Source of the DNA: Craspedostauros australis
Lineage: Eukaryota
Length of the DNA stretch: 64,000 nucleotides
Direction: 5' to 3'
Assembly (NCBI GenBank): GCA_030167865.1
Contig: JALAGF010005512.1
Location: forward strand, 1 to 64,000
Each line of letters begins with the position of its first letter. The first letter of the stretch is position 1. The notes under the pieces are model-generated. The model saw nothing but the letters and a program-made list of their open reading frames with translations, was not told the origin of the DNA and ran no database searches. The translations under genes and the position numbers were made by a program. Below, piece after piece: positions 10,106 to 22,910 of this stretch.

Positions 10106-13100
10106 ATGAACGGGGATGGAGGCGCAGGCGATGGCCCCAAGGACGGCGACGATGACGAGCATGACCTCGTGTTCGATGAGCACTTCGACTTCGCGACGAT
10201 GGATGCCAAGGTGAGGGACGCATCGCTGATGGCCAAGATAGAGTTTGTGATGATCTCCGATGACTACTTCGGCTGCCCCAACCCACCCACCGATCGGCAG
10301 CTCAAGTCCCTGTTCGCAATGATCGGCAACAAGGCCACCAACCTGCGATGCGTCAAGATCCGCGGCATCGAGGGTGCGCCGATGATGATCTCCGCGTTCC
10401 ATCTCTCGTGCTGCATCTCCGCGGCGTCGCTGGAGATCATCGACATCGACTACGGCATCTCGTTCACCACGCACCAGGACATCAAATCGTTCTCCAACGC
10501 CATCCGCAACCACAAGGGGCTCAAGGAGATGCGCTTTCGCAACTACACCATCCATCTCAAGAGCGATGGCATTGGCAGCAGATTTGGATTCGGCGCGGCC
10601 GTGCCCATCTTGGAACCGCTCATGCAGGCCATCGGCACCATATCGTCCACCTTGCGGCTCCTAGAGATACCGTGCGCCAGCTACGTCGCTAGCGAAGCTG
10701 CGGCGGATCGGCTCCTCATCTCCCCCAACTCCCTGCAGCCATTCTGCGAATCGCCGACTTTGGAATACCTCGACCTCTCGCACCTTCAGCTGGATGACAA
10801 CCACATGCTGCAATGCACATCCCACCTGCAGCGCAATCTGCATCGCATCAAGCTCAGCAAGCTGGCATTCAACGAGAACACGAAGATCACGACCGCAGGC
10901 ATCGATTGCATGCTGCTGCTCCTCGAGTATTCCACCACCATCCGCTGCTTCGAAATATACAACGCTGACCAACCGATCGCCGACGACGTCTTTCGTCACA
11001 TCGACGAGGTCCTGCAGACCAACACCACGCTCACCGCGGTCAAGGTCAACGCCAACTATGATCAATACGACAACATCGATTTTTACCTGGAACTGAACGA
11101 GGCGGGCCGTTCCAAGATCATCAATGCCTCTGCCGATCCGCAATCCAGCTGCGAGGATGTCATCGATGTCATGAACACCGTCTCGGACGAGGTCGGCCTG
11201 CTGTTCTACTGCTTGCGAACGTGCGGCAAGACGATCTTTCAAAACTGGCAAACGACGGAATGGATCCTGCAGGACAAGGGATTGCGGCAGCAGAGAGCGC
11301 CCATGCCATCACCGGACACGGGAGCACAACAAACGACCGCGTACCCGTGGGGTGGCGACGACAGCGAGTTCGATGATTCGCGACATCAGATCCCGCAGCA
11401 TTCCTACTCTTCGCAATACACCAGCGACGATTCCAGAGGACTGTCAACGGATGATCCGTACCGTAGCGACGAAGGTGATGAGTATGGGTCTTCCGATCTC
11501 CCGTGGAATCGTCCCAGCCAGTACATCAATGATGACGACCGCACGGACGATGATTACGAAGATGGCGACGGTTCAGAGTACGGTGCCGGCGGTCGACCGG
11601 ACACATTCATCGATATTCGGAAGAATGAATACGACGGAGGCGACTCGTTGCCGAATTCACGGCATGGCGATTACGAAAATGGCAGCAACGGCAACACTAC
11701 GAGCGACGACGAGGATGCCGAATATCAGCGATATTTGAGATCCCTGTCGGCGCCGTCCAAGCATGACAGCATGTATTCTTCTGTCGGTTCCAGCGCTGGT
11801 GATGATATATCAATGGTTGACGATGACGACTACGACAGTCGTGACAGCTACGACCACGATGCAGACGATGACGACGGTCAGTTGAAGGAATTTAAAGATC
11901 AGCTCAAATCCATGGAACGGTCATTGGAAATGGACGTTGATATGGATGAAGACGAAACACAAGCTCCACGTCAACGCAACGGCGATGGTGTTGACTATGG
12001 TGCCGGTGCCGGTGTTGATGTCGGTGTTGGCAATCATACCAGCATCAACGGTGACGACGACGATGACTCTTTGAACCAAGAAATTCGACGGCTGCCATCA
12101 TACGAGGAAGACTTGCAGTCCGAATTGAACCAAGCCAACGCTGCAGACGAAGAGGCCAACAAAGCAAGACAGGAAGAGCTACAGCCCAACACATCGAGAG
12201 GCATGGGCATCTTTGGTTCCATCTTTAGGAGGTCAGACAATACACCAAAGGAGAAAGAGGAGGAAGAAGTGGATCTTGACTTCTCCGAAACCGAAGTTGA
12301 TGACGCAGGATCGGGAACGGCAGACGCCCCAGCCACCAACGCCTATCCGTGGGACACCAGCGATAGGGATGTCGACGACAATGATGACGATGCTGACAAC
12401 GACAACGCTGGTGGTCATGATGATGATCATCATGAAGAGACCGACCTCAATGCTGACGAAAACAGAGATTCAGCGTTGCTGCATATCGCATCCAATGAAT
12501 CTGACCCCAATTCTCAGATGTCATCCAAAATGAGACTACCATCATTCGAAAGCAATGGTAGCGAAGATCATGATAGTGAAGGTGATGAAGATTTTGATAC
12601 CAACAACAACATCAGCATCAACCACAACAATGACAGCGGCAGCGGCGGTGGCGGCGAAGATGATCAACAGTACCTACAACACACTTACAGCACGGGTGAG
12701 GAGGAGGCAGAACAACGACAGCAACCCAAAGAGGTGGCATTGCAACTTATCGAAGAGCAGGAAATGGCTCGGCAGATCGCTGAAGAAGTCGAGGCTCGCC
12801 GGATTGCGGAAGAAGAGGCAGAGAGAATCGCTGCTGAGGAGGAAGCACGGCGTGTCGCAGAGGAAGTGGAGGAGGAGGCCAAAAGAATTGCTGCCGAAGC
12901 AGCAGAACGACTGCGCCTTGAAGCAGAAGCGGAAGAACAGGCCCGTCGTATTGCGGAAGCGGAAGAAGCTCAGAGGATTGCTCATGCTGAGGAGGAGGCC
13001 CGCCGCATTGCCGCTGAAGAAGAAGCAGAACGACTGTGCCTTGAAGCAGAAGCGGAAGAAGCTCGTCGTCTCGCAGAAGAGGAAGAGGCCGAGAGAATCG

Positions 13101-16100
13101 CTGCTGCCGAAGAGGCAGAGCAGTTGCGACTTGCAGCCGAAGAAGAAGCAAAGCGCATAGCTGAAGAGGAAGAGGCGGAACGACTCCGTATTGAGGAAGA
13201 GAAAGAAGCTGAACGATTGCGACTCGAAGCAGAAGCGGAGGAAGCTCGCCGTGTTGCAAAAGAGGAAGAGACAGAGGCCAAGAGAATCGCCGAAGAAGAG
13301 GAAGTTCGACGAATTGCTGCTGAAGAAGAGGCAGAACGGTTGCGCCTCGAAGCCGAAGAAGAAGCACAACGAATAGCTACAGCGGAAGCACAAAGGATTG
13401 CTGCCGAGGCAGCGGCAGAACAGCTCCGTATTGAGGAAGAGGAGGAAACTGAACGATTGCGACTCGAAGCGGAAGAAGCTAGACGCCTCGCGGAAGAAGA
13501 AGAGACCAAGAGAATCGTCGAAGAAGAGGAAGCTCGACGAATTGCTGCTGACGAAGAGGTAGAACGGTTGCGCCTCGAAGCCGAAGAAGCAAAACGAATA
13601 GCTGAAGCAGAAGCACAAAGGATTGCTGCTGAGGAGGAGGCAGACCGGCTCCGTATTGAGGAAGAGGAGGAAGCTGAACGACTACGACTCGAAGCAGAAG
13701 CAGAAGAAGCTCGCCGCCTCGCGGAAGAAGAGACCAAGAGAATCGCCGAAGAGGCAGAGGCAGAACGACTGCGACATGAAGCAGAACAAGAGGCGGAACG
13801 AATACAGCTGGAAGCAGAAGCGGAGGAAGCTCGTCGTCTCGCTGATGAGGAAGAGGCCAAGAGAATCGCCGAAGCGGAGGAAGAAGAACGACTTCGTCTT
13901 GAGGCCGAAGAAGCTCGTCATCTCGCAGAGGAAGAAGAGGCCGAGAGGCTTGCTGTCGAGGAGGAGGCAGAACGACTCCGCATTGAGGAGGAAGAAGAAG
14001 CTCGACGTATTGCTGAGGAAGAGGCAGAAGCACAACGAATTGCAGCCAAAGAAGAAGAGGTAGATCGACTGCGCATTGAGGAAGAGAAGGAAACAGAACG
14101 ATTGCGACTCGAAGCAGAAGAAGAGGCCCAGCGCATTGCAGAAGCAGAAGCAGAAACAATAGAAGCTGAACGGTTGCGTGTAGTTGCAGAGGAGAGAGCT
14201 CGACGCCTTGCTGAAGAGGAGGCAGAGGCAAAGAGGGTCGCTGCCGAGGAAGAGGCGGGACGATTGCGCCTTGAAGACGAAGCACGGCAGGCAGCGGAAG
14301 AAGCAGAGCGCCTTCGGCTTGCTGAGGAAGAGGAAGAAGCTCGGCGTATCGCAGAAGAGCAGGCAGAGGCTCGACGGATTGCCGAAGAAGAAGAGGCCCA
14401 GCGAATCGCCGAGGAAGAAGCCGAAAAGTCGCGGCTCGCTGAGGAAGAAGCTGAACGGTTGCGGCAGGAGGAGGCAGAAGCCGAAGCGCAACGACTCGCT
14501 GAAAAAGAAGAGGCTCGACTCATTGCCGAGAAAGAGGCAGAGGCAGAGGCAGAGGCGAAGCGGATTGCTGCCGAGGAAGAGGCCGAACGATTGCGGCTTG
14601 AGGAGCAAGCAAAGGCAGAGGCATTGAGGCGTGCACAAGAGGAGGCGGAAGCTCGCCGACTTTCTGAAGCAGCGGAGGCCAAGAGAGTGGCAGACAAAGC
14701 GAAGGCTGACAGACTCGCTGCCGAAGAGAAGGAAGCCGAGAGACAGAGAGTTGAGGCAGAAGCAGAAGCTTTGCGAATGGCACAAGAGGAAGAGGAGGCT
14801 CGTCGGTTGGCAGAAGAAGACGAGAGGAAGCTCGCTGAAGAACAAGAAGCCCAGCGACTTGCTACCGAAGACGAAGCTCTCCAAGCCGCAGAAGACGCCA
14901 GTTTGCACTCGCATGAGGCGGAGCAGCAGCTGGAGCAGCAGCAGCAACAACAACAAGAGCAACAACAAGAGCAACAACAAGAGCAACAACAAGAGCAACA
15001 ACAAGAGCAACAACAAGAGGAGGAAGAGGCAGAAAGAGGTATCTCGCAAGATGCCTCTGATCATGACGAAGAACGAATGGAACCTGCGCAAAATGACTCA
15101 GAGCAGCTGGTTGATGAAGAAGATGCCGGAGAGGAAGTGGAAGCTGGTCAAGATTCGGAAGAAGACGAAGTCGGCGCTCGGGTACATCCAGAGCAAGGCA
15201 GTGTCGATGAAACCGAAGAGGATGCCGAGATCAGCCCGACCAAGGCAAGAGGAAACCGCGAAACACAAGAGCGATCCCAGAATGGCGCAGACATGGGTGA
15301 AGAAGAGCAAGCGCCACCGAGCAACGAAGCGAACGAGACTGAGAATGAGAGTATGAGTGAGGATGAACGTGTGGGCGAGGATGAGCATGAGACAAAAGCA
15401 ATGGGGCTTGCAGGCCAATCGTCACAGACTATCGATCTCATCGAAGCGGCCAATACTGTACCGCCAACTACAGATAACGACCAGGAGGATAATCGCGATG
15501 GTGGAGAAGCAGAAGATGTTGGTCATGGCGGCGATGGTGATGGTGATGGAGCCACTTCTGCCATCGCTGCTGCTGATGCTGCTACCGAAACGGAGCGACA
15601 GGATGAAACGGATGAAGGACGAACTATCCAAGCCCAAGAGAGTGGTGATAGTGTCGATGCTGGGGCAACCAGCCACGCCGACGGTGGCAACACAAGTGCG
15701 AGCGACCTGCTCGGCGCTGGCGAGGCCGAACCACGATCACAAACAAGAGAGGCTCAGAAGGATACGCCTACTCACAAGGAAGCTACGAAATCGCCAATAG
15801 TATCGCCGCTGACGTCGCCTCTGACATCTCCAAGGGGACGAGGCCGATTCTTTGGGGGTCTGTTCGGACGCAAAAAGCGGGAAGAGGAACTGGCAGCCCA
15901 GAAGCAGCAACAGGAGGAGCTCATCAAAGAACAGCTCCGAGTCCTTGGGATCGAGCAAGGCAAAAATAGCCAGCATGAGGATCCAAAGTCACAAGTAGAG
16001 GGAGCAAAGGAGGCAGAGGTGGCAACACATTCAACGGGCACATCAGGTCAGAGTGAAATGCAAAGCAATGACCTTGCCTTGCCAGCGGGAATCACAGACG

Positions 16101-19100
16101 GCATGCCGGACCAAAGCGCCATGACGCCAAAGAATGACCAGCATGTCGACAAGGATAGTCCTTCTGACAAGCAGTTGCTGCCAGATGATGGTCATCAAGC
16201 ATCCAATGGCGTTCGTGTCATGGCTAGCACCGACGGCAAGCATGTACTTCCGATGAATCAAGACGCACGAGACTCGCAGGATCCTGACCAAGACGCCTCC
16301 TCCGACAGTAGACCCGACGAAGCTGGTTCGAGTGACAGAGACGTGGCCAAAGATGACGACGATGGCGACATCGGGACTGAATCTGCCACGATATCAACCG
16401 AACAAGAGGCCGATGCTAGCATCGACCACGGGCAAGAGAACGGGCATGCCAAAGCCGAAGATGACGAGACCGAGCTATTGGAGAGAAATGAGACAGGTGC
16501 CGTCAATGTTGAGAAGGATCATGCTGCTGGAAGCGAGCGTGATTCAAAGGATGACGTACCTACCGGAAAGATCGACAAGAGTCGACTCCCGACATCCTCA
16601 TTCATGCAGCCTGTCCACGAGAAGAGCCTCCTCCCGAACTCTGCGGTGCAGTCTGTTGGCGACAAAGGCAAACTTCCTGGACAGCTCCAACACAGCGACG
16701 AGGACGCCAAGAGCAACGATAGTGAAGACAACGTGTCTCGCGAACACGGAGAAGAACCTCATCTGGACAGCAATGGTACGAGAAAGTTGGAAAGCAAGAG
16801 TGAAAGCATCCAACCACACGCAACATCAAAAGCAGGCACCAAACCACCCAATCCAAACACGGACAGCAAAATCGATGCCGTCGTCGAGAACGACGATGCT
16901 GACGCCGACGAAGAACATGACGGCAATGGAAACGATGGCAACAACGGGAACAAAGACAAAGACGATGAGCAGCACGACAGCTCGACAAGAGCTGCAGAGG
17001 ACGCAGAAGGTGCGGAGGAGTCGAATAAACCACGATGGAAGTGGTTGAAGACCATTGCCGACAAGAAGGAGATTGATCAAACTTGGAACAAGGCCAAGTC
17101 CTTCATCCCGAAGGGCATCGTTGAGAAGGTCAGCACAACGGTTGGGACAGCGCGCAACAGGGACGCAAAGGACACCGCAGAACTAAAATCAGAAGCGCCT
17201 GGAGAAACCACAGACCAGGATGCAGATGCTGGTACCGACGCTCGTGGTGTTGATGATGGCGAAGGAGTTCATGCTGGCACAGTCACGGGCGCAGCGCAGG
17301 ATCAGCCATTCACAACAAAGGCACCACCTGCGAACGAGCAAGAAGCCAAGGCAGATAAAGGCGGCCGGAGTTTCCTGGGGACGCGTTTCCTGGGTGCACT
17401 TGGAAGGGGCCGCGCGGCACACAAGGACAAGAACGATGACGATGGCATTATGAATGCAGTCGAGAAAGATCGCAGCGAGGCTGGAATCAACAACGATGAC
17501 CGCAAGGCTGCAGATGCAGGCGTAGACGCAGACGCAGCTCACTCAAGCGATGATCTGAAGCACCAACAGATGATGCGAGCCGTGCTGGTCCCCGATGACT
17601 ACGAAGCTGAATGCAAACGTCTGATTGACATTGTCTTCGATAACGACGAGAATCTTGACATTGAAGCGATGATGAGCAAATCGACTCCAGAAGATCTGTA
17701 CAAGTACCTGAAACAGCAGCACTGGTACATGCTGCACATGAAAGGTGGCAATAGCGCAGATTCCAAAGCAGATATCGACTACACGACGCCCAATACATCG
17801 AATATTACCGACATGCTTTCTCGGAGCCTGCATGAACGGCCACCGTTCCCCAGCACGCATGAACGAGCGACCGAAGACGATCTGGGAGACGGTGCCTTCC
17901 TCCATCCTGGCATGGCAACCGCGGAGGTTGGCGACAGGGAAGCGATGGATCACCAAGATGAATCGGCGCCAAGCCTCGTTGGCAGCGAAGAGGCAGAACT
18001 TGACAGCGAGAGTGAAGGCGAGGTGGAAATCGATATGGGAGATACCGTTGGTGAGGATAATGACGATGATGATGATGACGACGACGACAGCGGCAGAAAT
18101 AGACGGCAAACAACGAATCGCAAGGACAGCTTCTCCGAAGGCGACGACGACATCCAGAGCTGCGAAGAGCCTGATTTGGATTATGATGGCTCAGCTATTG
18201 GCGATGACACAGGCTCGAGCAACGAAGACGGAACTGGGCTCCGAAGCAAGAGCGACCACAGTGATTTCACACCGTCCGTCAGCTTTCATCAGGCCGGTGA
18301 GGATGATACATTGGAGCAGTACGAAGCGGACATCAAGGCAGCAAAGAATCGATATGTCATCAGCGAGCGAAACATACGTGAAGAAGAAGAAGACGAGGAA
18401 GATCTCGACGCTCGACTCGCCCGTGGCGCCCACTTCGAGCATGAGCCGGACGCCGATGATGAGGTCGAAATGGACGCTGAGGCTCAAGAGGAAGCGGTGC
18501 GTAAGGCAAAGGAAGAGATCTTCAAGTCATTGGCTCTCGCACAGCAAGGCTGCGGTCTTGAAGACGATGTTGATGCCCATGGCGACGAAGAGTATGATCG
18601 CGATCGTGATGCTCACGATCGTCAGTCGGAACTGCATGCCGAAGGCAACAACCGCGGCGAGGGCGAGGAGGTCGAAAGCAACGAAGAGCGGGAGCAGATC
18701 AAGAAGGATAGAGAGAAGGCGAAGAACGCGGTGAAGAACGTTCTGCTCAAACGTTTGTTCGAGCCCAACAGCAAGCCGCAGTCCGAGGAAGAGATGGAAA
18801 GGAACCGGAAAAGTCGGCAAGACGCAAGGCGCGCAGTCCAGTCTGTGCTTCGTAAACGCCTTCTGGGTGGTACGAACTCTGCCCACAGCAACGAGAACAT
18901 GTCCGGCGATTTCCTTTTACGAGGTGACTCTGGCCATTCCAGTCTCTTCGGCGGGAAGGACAATCTCAGTGAGGCGGCTGGCATGCAGGCGTACGGCAAG
19001 ACGTCAAACCACGGTGCCAATCAGTACCGACAGCGGCGGATCCACGGAGGCCTTGGGTCTCAATCTGGCTCTTTCCATTCTCACGATACACACGATATTC

Positions 19101-20536
19101 AGGAGATTGACGAGGAGGACATCGAAGCAGCTGAGGCAGAGCAAGGCGAAGGAGCAGATGAAGCAGCTCAGAGCCACGGGCGGATTCGGCAGACCGATGA
19201 TGATCAAGACAGTTTCCAATATGACAACGAATACGAATCTGAGCATTCTCAAGGCGAGGAGACCACTGTGACCGTTCTGAAGGATCATTCAGCTCACGAT
19301 GAAATCAAAGCTCTGAGGGCGTGCCAGAGACCGCAGAAGAATGTATCGATGCTGCAACACTACCAAGGTGACGCTGCACCAATGGGTAAGCAGAATCTAG
19401 CTGAGAAGAACGAAAGAGGCAGAACCCGTGAGCATACTGGTGACAACGGTGATGGCGATGCTAATGGCGGAACCAACTCACCTAGATCTTCTCCAAAGCG
19501 CAGAAGAAACAAGCACCGTGGATCTGAGTCACCTGGCGCGGATGAACAGGGTGGTGATAGTGGCGACGAAGCTGGTGAAGCATCAGCGGTGTCGCGCGGA
19601 CGCGCAAAGTTCGAGGCGATGACCCAGCGCAGCAAACGCAAGAAGGCTTCCTCTGCAGGCAAGAAGTCGAAGTCGAAGAGCGTTACCTCCAAGGCTGCAA
19701 AGGAGAAGGCATCAGGATCGAAACAAAAGTCAAAATCGAAAGCAAATGCAAAGTCGAAGTCGAAGGTGAAGGTGGCGCCGGAAGATGCAAATTATGTAGG
19801 ATTGGAGAAGGATGATGTGTGCACCATAATTCCCGGGCATCCAGGGACGAAGTACCTCCGCCGTGTCGTGCGTGCCTACATCAAACAGTTTGATGAAAGG
19901 AATTACGGACCCCGGGCGTATAAGACAATCAAACGACGCATGAACGAAAGGAAGTTCGTCGTCGGTGCTGGTGCCGACGAGGAAGGGGACTGGCGTGAAG
20001 CGACCAAGCAGGAGCGCATCGACTTCGTGGGGAAAGTCTTTAACTATGAGAAGCAACGTCACAATGCCGACAAAGGCGGGCCTTCGAAATCGTCGAAACT
20101 CAAGTCCCCGTCCGCAAAGAAAGGCAAGCTGAAGACCGTCAACGAACGCAGACGCGCCAAGGATGTCAATTCATCCTTCGATCGCGATGTCAGCACCGAC
20201 GAAGACGAAGGTTTCTACGACGACGACCACGACCATGACGGTCACGATGACGATGCTGATTACGAAGCTGTGGAACCAGGTCGGTTGGACATCTGCATGG
20301 GTGTTCCAGATCATCCTGGCACGAACGCATTCTATCGGGTGCTGAAATCGTTTATCAAGAAGCATCAGCCTCCGACGTACACGATGGAGGTGTACGAGGC
20401 AATGAAGAAGAAGATCTACACCAGTCGCATGCTCACAGCGCTGGACGCCGAGAATTGGCGACTTGCCACGAACGAGGAATGCATCGATTTTGTGGGCGAT
20501 TGCTTTGCAGAAGTGACCGAAGGCAATCAACCTTGA
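10106..20536 (+). CDS. Giant 3476-aa protein: RI-like LRR domain, acidic disordered region, E/R/A-rich helical repeat, acidic linker, K-rich patch, two DUF6824-like domains
   Basis: Uninterrupted 10.4-kb ORF. LRR strands ([20 protein letters not shown]) end in a [10 protein letters not shown] cap. [11 protein letters not shown] repeats. Two DxC..HPGT..R domains at the C-terminus. Confidence 0.9.
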   Translation: MNGDGGAGDGPKDGDDDEHDLVFDEHFDFATMDAKVRDASLMAKIEFVMISDDYFGCPNPPTDRQLKSLFAMIGNKATNLRCVKIRGIEGAPMMISAFHLSCCISAASLEIIDIDYGISFTTHQDIKSFSNAIRNHKGLKEMRFRNYTIHLKSDGIGSRFGFGAAVPILEPLMQAIGTISSTLRLLEIPCASYVASEAAADRLLISPNSLQPFCESPTLEYLDLSHLQLDDNHMLQCTSHLQRNLHRIKLSKLAFNENTKITTAGIDCMLLLLEYSTTIRCFEIYNADQPIADDVFRHIDEVLQTNTTLTAVKVNANYDQYDNIDFYLELNEAGRSKIINASADPQSSCEDVIDVMNTVSDEVGLLFYCLRTCGKTIFQNWQTTEWILQDKGLRQQRAPMPSPDTGAQQTTAYPWGGDDSEFDDSRHQIPQHSYSSQYTSDDSRGLSTDDPYRSDEGDEYGSSDLPWNRPSQYINDDDRTDDDYEDGDGSEYGAGGRPDTFIDIRKNEYDGGDSLPNSRHGDYENGSNGNTTSDDEDAEYQRYLRSLSAPSKHDSMYSSVGSSAGDDISMVDDDDYDSRDSYDHDADDDDGQLKEFKDQLKSMERSLEMDVDMDEDETQAPRQRNGDGVDYGAGAGVDVGVGNHTSINGDDDDDSLNQEIRRLPSYEEDLQSELNQANAADEEANKARQEELQPNTSRGMGIFGSIFRRSDNTPKEKEEEEVDLDFSETEVDDAGSGTADAPATNAYPWDTSDRDVDDNDDDADNDNAGGHDDDHHEETDLNADENRDSALLHIASNESDPNSQMSSKMRLPSFESNGSEDHDSEGDEDFDTNNNISINHNNDSGSGGGGEDDQQYLQHTYSTGEEEAEQRQQPKEVALQLIEEQEMARQIAEEVEARRIAEEEAERIAAEEEARRVAEEVEEEAKRIAAEAAERLRLEAEAEEQARRIAEAEEAQRIAHAEEEARRIAAEEEAERLCLEAEAEEARRLAEEEEAERIAAAEEAEQLRLAAEEEAKRIAEEEEAERLRIEEEKEAERLRLEAEAEEARRVAKEEETEAKRIAEEEEVRRIAAEEEAERLRLEAEEEAQRIATAEAQRIAAEAAAEQLRIEEEEETERLRLEAEEARRLAEEEETKRIVEEEEARRIAADEEVERLRLEAEEAKRIAEAEAQRIAAEEEADRLRIEEEEEAERLRLEAEAEEARRLAEEETKRIAEEAEAERLRHEAEQEAERIQLEAEAEEARRLADEEEAKRIAEAEEEERLRLEAEEARHLAEEEEAERLAVEEEAERLRIEEEEEARRIAEEEAEAQRIAAKEEEVDRLRIEEEKETERLRLEAEEEAQRIAEAEAETIEAERLRVVAEERARRLAEEEAEAKRVAAEEEAGRLRLEDEARQAAEEAERLRLAEEEEEARRIAEEQAEARRIAEEEEAQRIAEEEAEKSRLAEEEAERLRQEEAEAEAQRLAEKEEARLIAEKEAEAEAEAKRIAAEEEAERLRLEEQAKAEALRRAQEEAEARRLSEAAEAKRVADKAKADRLAAEEKEAERQRVEAEAEALRMAQEEEEARRLAEEDERKLAEEQEAQRLATEDEALQAAEDASLHSHEAEQQLEQQQQQQQEQQQEQQQEQQQEQQQEQQQEEEEAERGISQDASDHDEERMEPAQNDSEQLVDEEDAGEEVEAGQDSEEDEVGARVHPEQGSVDETEEDAEISPTKARGNRETQERSQNGADMGEEEQAPPSNEANETENESMSEDERVGEDEHETKAMGLAGQSSQTIDLIEAANTVPPTTDNDQEDNRDGGEAEDVGHGGDGDGDGATSAIAAADAATETERQDETDEGRTIQAQESGDSVDAGATSHADGGNTSASDLLGAGEAEPRSQTREAQKDTPTHKEATKSPIVSPLTSPLTSPRGRGRFFGGLFGRKKREEELAAQKQQQEELIKEQLRVLGIEQGKNSQHEDPKSQVEGAKEAEVATHSTGTSGQSEMQSNDLALPAGITDGMPDQSAMTPKNDQHVDKDSPSDKQLLPDDGHQASNGVRVMASTDGKHVLPMNQDARDSQDPDQDASSDSRPDEAGSSDRDVAKDDDDGDIGTESATISTEQEADASIDHGQENGHAKAEDDETELLERNETGAVNVEKDHAAGSERDSKDDVPTGKIDKSRLPTSSFMQPVHEKSLLPNSAVQSVGDKGKLPGQLQHSDEDAKSNDSEDNVSREHGEEPHLDSNGTRKLESKSESIQPHATSKAGTKPPNPNTDSKIDAVVENDDADADEEHDGNGNDGNNGNKDKDDEQHDSSTRAAEDAEGAEESNKPRWKWLKTIADKKEIDQTWNKAKSFIPKGIVEKVSTTVGTARNRDAKDTAELKSEAPGETTDQDADAGTDARGVDDGEGVHAGTVTGAAQDQPFTTKAPPANEQEAKADKGGRSFLGTRFLGALGRGRAAHKDKNDDDGIMNAVEKDRSEAGINNDDRKAADAGVDADAAHSSDDLKHQQMMRAVLVPDDYEAECKRLIDIVFDNDENLDIEAMMSKSTPEDLYKYLKQQHWYMLHMKGGNSADSKADIDYTTPNTSNITDMLSRSLHERPPFPSTHERATEDDLGDGAFLHPGMATAEVGDREAMDHQDESAPSLVGSEEAELDSESEGEVEIDMGDTVGEDNDDDDDDDDDSGRNRRQTTNRKDSFSEGDDDIQSCEEPDLDYDGSAIGDDTGSSNEDGTGLRSKSDHSDFTPSVSFHQAGEDDTLEQYEADIKAAKNRYVISERNIREEEEDEEDLDARLARGAHFEHEPDADDEVEMDAEAQEEAVRKAKEEIFKSLALAQQGCGLEDDVDAHGDEEYDRDRDAHDRQSELHAEGNNRGEGEEVESNEEREQIKKDREKAKNAVKNVLLKRLFEPNSKPQSEEEMERNRKSRQDARRAVQSVLRKRLLGGTNSAHSNENMSGDFLLRGDSGHSSLFGGKDNLSEAAGMQAYGKTSNHGANQYRQRRIHGGLGSQSGSFHSHDTHDIQEIDEEDIEAAEAEQGEGADEAAQSHGRIRQTDDDQDSFQYDNEYESEHSQGEETTVTVLKDHSAHDEIKALRACQRPQKNVSMLQHYQGDAAPMGKQNLAEKNERGRTREHTGDNGDGDANGGTNSPRSSPKRRRNKHRGSESPGADEQGGDSGDEAGEASAVSRGRAKFEAMTQRSKRKKASSAGKKSKSKSVTSKAAKEKASGSKQKSKSKANAKSKSKVKVAPEDANYVGLEKDDVCTIIPGHPGTKYLRRVVRAYIKQFDERNYGPRAYKTIKRRMNERKFVVGAGADEEGDWREATKQERIDFVGKVFNYEKQRHNADKGGPSKSSKLKSPSAKKGKLKTVNERRRAKDVNSSFDRDVSTDEDEGFYDDDHDHDGHDDDADYEAVEPGRLDICMGVPDHPGTNAFYRVLKSFIKKHQPPTYTMEVYEAMKKKIYTSRMLTALDAENWRLATNEECIDFVGDCFAEVTEGNQP
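12760..14880 (+). repeat. Coding minisatellite, 10-11 aa units ([11 protein letters not shown] / [11 protein letters not shown])
   Basis: Repeated gaagaagaggcagaacg-like units; obvious in the translation. Confidence 0.9.
14944..15018 (+). repeat. 12-bp coding repeat (CAACAACAAGAG)n encoding QQQE
   Basis: About six perfect copies, read directly. Confidence 0.9.
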
Positions 20537-21290
20537 TGAGACCTCGATGAATGGATAGATGAGGGGGCATCGTCGCTTCTATCCATCGTACTACGAGGAG
20601 TACGAACGAAGGTGGAGCGCAAATGTAGTTGTCGCAAATCAAGCATCGAACAATCGACGATTGCACCATTTGGTACCATGCTCAAGCGCTGAATGCATAA
20701 TCGGCGCAGCAGCACAGAATCAAGCAATGCAAAGAATGAATGATAATAGAATAGAATTGTTCGGTTTGATGCAATGGGTATCTGTAGTGTGTGTCATCCA
20801 CCACCTCTCCTGGGCGATGACCGTTGTTGTGGCGACGGATGTTGGCGCTCGCTTCTGATGTTGTCTCGCAAGCGTACCTTTGCGTGTTAGTGTCGCAGAT
20901 GATTTTGGAATCCTCCACTCGACCCTGAGCGGATACGTATAGTAGCATGAAGACGTGTTTACAGAGCACAAATGCATAGGAGCGAGAGTACTCGCGCAGC
21001 ACTACTCTCCATACGGATGTGCCCCGAACACGGCGGAGAAGCAGTTGTTGTTTGATGGAAATTTACACTCTAGAAATTTCTTTCGAAGATACTGTTACAA
21101 TGCAGCGACTGGGAGGATCTTGGGATTGATCTTCCCGCCGCGCTGATGCAGGAGTGTGCTCCCGGTTCCTGTTGTTGGTGCAGTTGCTCGTCGCGCCTAC
21201 CATGCGTTTGCTTCTGTATCGTTCCGCGCGGCCTCTCCGACATGACGGAGGTCTGGGCGAGTTGTTGCTGAGCTGATGTGAATGTGGAGT

Positions 21291-22583
21291 TCACTTGGCC
21301 AGTGGCATGCGATGTCTCAGCAGGGACGGCGCCTGCTGAAGCATGAAGAAGAGCACGTCGGCTTCGGCAGAATCCTGCTCCACCCGATTCCACTTGATGT
21401 GCTTGGCGCGGTTGAAGACATTCGGCCAGGCCGATATTGGAAATCCGCGCGAGGTTGTGAGCAGCCGCCGTCCGCCACGATTCAGGATGAGGTAGTACTC
21501 CATCTCCTTCTGTATCCAGTTGACGGCATCGCTGCGATCCTTCGGCAGGAGCAATTGATGCAGACCGGCATTGTGCTTGACGGCATCCAGCAGCCGGCGG
21601 GCACCGGCCTTGTCGAACCGGTTGCCGTACAGCCACAGCGTCCGAAGTCCCTTCATGTGCGGCAGATGATCGGCAATCGTCATGACGCTGCGGTCTGAGA
21701 TGCTGCAGTTGTTGAGCCGCAGCTCCGTGAGGGTTGTGTTTTCCGTGAGCGCTGCCGAAAGGCTGGTGACGTCGCCCTCGCTGAGCTTGTTGCTGGACAA
21801 GTCAAGGAAGGAGAGGGTTCGATTCGTGGGCAAGGCCGATGCCAGGAAGGAGACGGCGCAAGTGTCGGTGGCCAGCTCCTGCTGGTTGCTGAGATCCAGC
21901 TTGACGAGCTTCTTGCTGTCGGATTTGAGCAGGCTGGAGATGGCGATCATGCCCTTGGACCTGCAGCAGCTGCCCTGCACGGAAAGCTCGACGAGCGAGG
22001 TGTGGCTGTCGAGCGCGCGGATGAGATCAGAGACGTGGCCGTCTTCCAACGAGCAGCGATTGAGACGCAGGCGTTTGAGGTTGGTGTTTTGCTGCAGTCC
22101 ACGTGCCAATGCGGCGATGGCCCTGCGATCGGAGGCGGACAGCATGAGGCTGAGGTCTTCGAGCGCTGCGTTGGATGCCAGGCCTTCCGCCAATGCGACC
22201 GCGAGATCCGTGCAGAGGTTGACGCGCAGAACCAGAGTTTCGACGGCGGTCTTGGTGTTCTTGAGTCCATTTGCCAAGGCGTAGAGACACTTGTCGTCGA
22301 TCATGTGGCCATCCGGGAGGAGGGTGATCTTTCGCACGCTGCCCTGCTCGAGGGCGTTGGTGATGACGACGTCGACCTTGCCGGTGCAATGCGCCAAGTG
22401 AATTCCATCCCACGTCCGCTCCTTCGAACGTAGCACGTCGACGATGCAGTCGCAAACCATCTGGTCGATGTAGATGAGGCTGATGTAGAGCTCCGTGAGA
22501 GCGGTGTCGTTCTTGAGCTTGTTCAGCCTCTCCACGATGGATTGGCTGTCGAGCCCGGTGAGGAAAAGAATTTGGGACGTCAT
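21291..22583 (-). CDS. Ribonuclease-inhibitor-like (NLRC3-type) LRR protein, 430 aa
   Basis: About 28-aa repeats (NTNLKRLRLNRCSL, NRTLSFLDLSSNKL, NTTLTELRLNNCSI) and a C-terminal cap YYLILNRGGRRLL..W..V..DVLFFML. Confidence 0.9.
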   Translation of the reverse strand: MTSQILFLTGLDSQSIVERLNKLKNDTALTELYISLIYIDQMVCDCIVDVLRSKERTWDGIHLAHCTGKVDVVITNALEQGSVRKITLLPDGHMIDDKCLYALANGLKNTKTAVETLVLRVNLCTDLAVALAEGLASNAALEDLSLMLSASDRRAIAALARGLQQNTNLKRLRLNRCSLEDGHVSDLIRALDSHTSLVELSVQGSCCRSKGMIAISSLLKSDSKKLVKLDLSNQQELATDTCAVSFLASALPTNRTLSFLDLSSNKLSEGDVTSLSAALTENTTLTELRLNNCSISDRSVMTIADHLPHMKGLRTLWLYGNRFDKAGARRLLDAVKHNAGLHQLLLPKDRSDAVNWIQKEMEYYLILNRGGRRLLTTSRGFPISAWPNVFNRAKHIKWNRVEQDSAEADVLFFMLQQAPSLLRHRMPLAK

Positions 22584-22626
22584 GATTGTCTGTCACTCAC
22601 TCTGTCTATCCTTTCGATTTCCAACT

Positions 22627-22712
22627 TTTCTTTTGCTTTTGCTTTTGCTTCTGCCTTTGCTTCTGCCTTTGCTTCTGCCTTTGCTTCTGCCTTTGCTTCT
22701 GCCTTTGCTGTT
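22627..22712. repeat. (TTTTGC)n and 12-bp (TTTGCTTCTGCC)n tandem repeat upstream of the LRR gene
   Basis: Read directly; about five copies of the 12-mer. Confidence 0.88.
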
Positions 22713-22812
22713 GCTTTTACTGTAGAGTTGAAAGGTGACCCAAGAGAATTGATGGAGGAGCTCGATGCGAGCAGAGTATTGGTACGCAGAACAGATGTTC
22801 ACTTGTTTGCCA

Positions 22813-22910
22813 TGGAATGGAATGGAATGGGATAGAATTGAAATGCAGTTCAGTTCAGTGGAAGGCACTGATCGAATTGGTTTGGTTTGGTTTGGTTTGG
22901 TTTGGTTTGG
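22813..22910. repeat. (TGGAA)n and (TGGTT)n pentamer microsatellites
   Basis: tggaatggaatggaatgg at about 22813 and tggtttggtttgg... at 22878-22910. Confidence 0.85.

Noticed and set aside
12674..15091. Long minus-strand ORFs (314, 292 and 469 aa; F/L/C/S-rich)
   Set aside because: Antisense shadows of the GAA/GAG/CAA-rich repeat in the giant gene.
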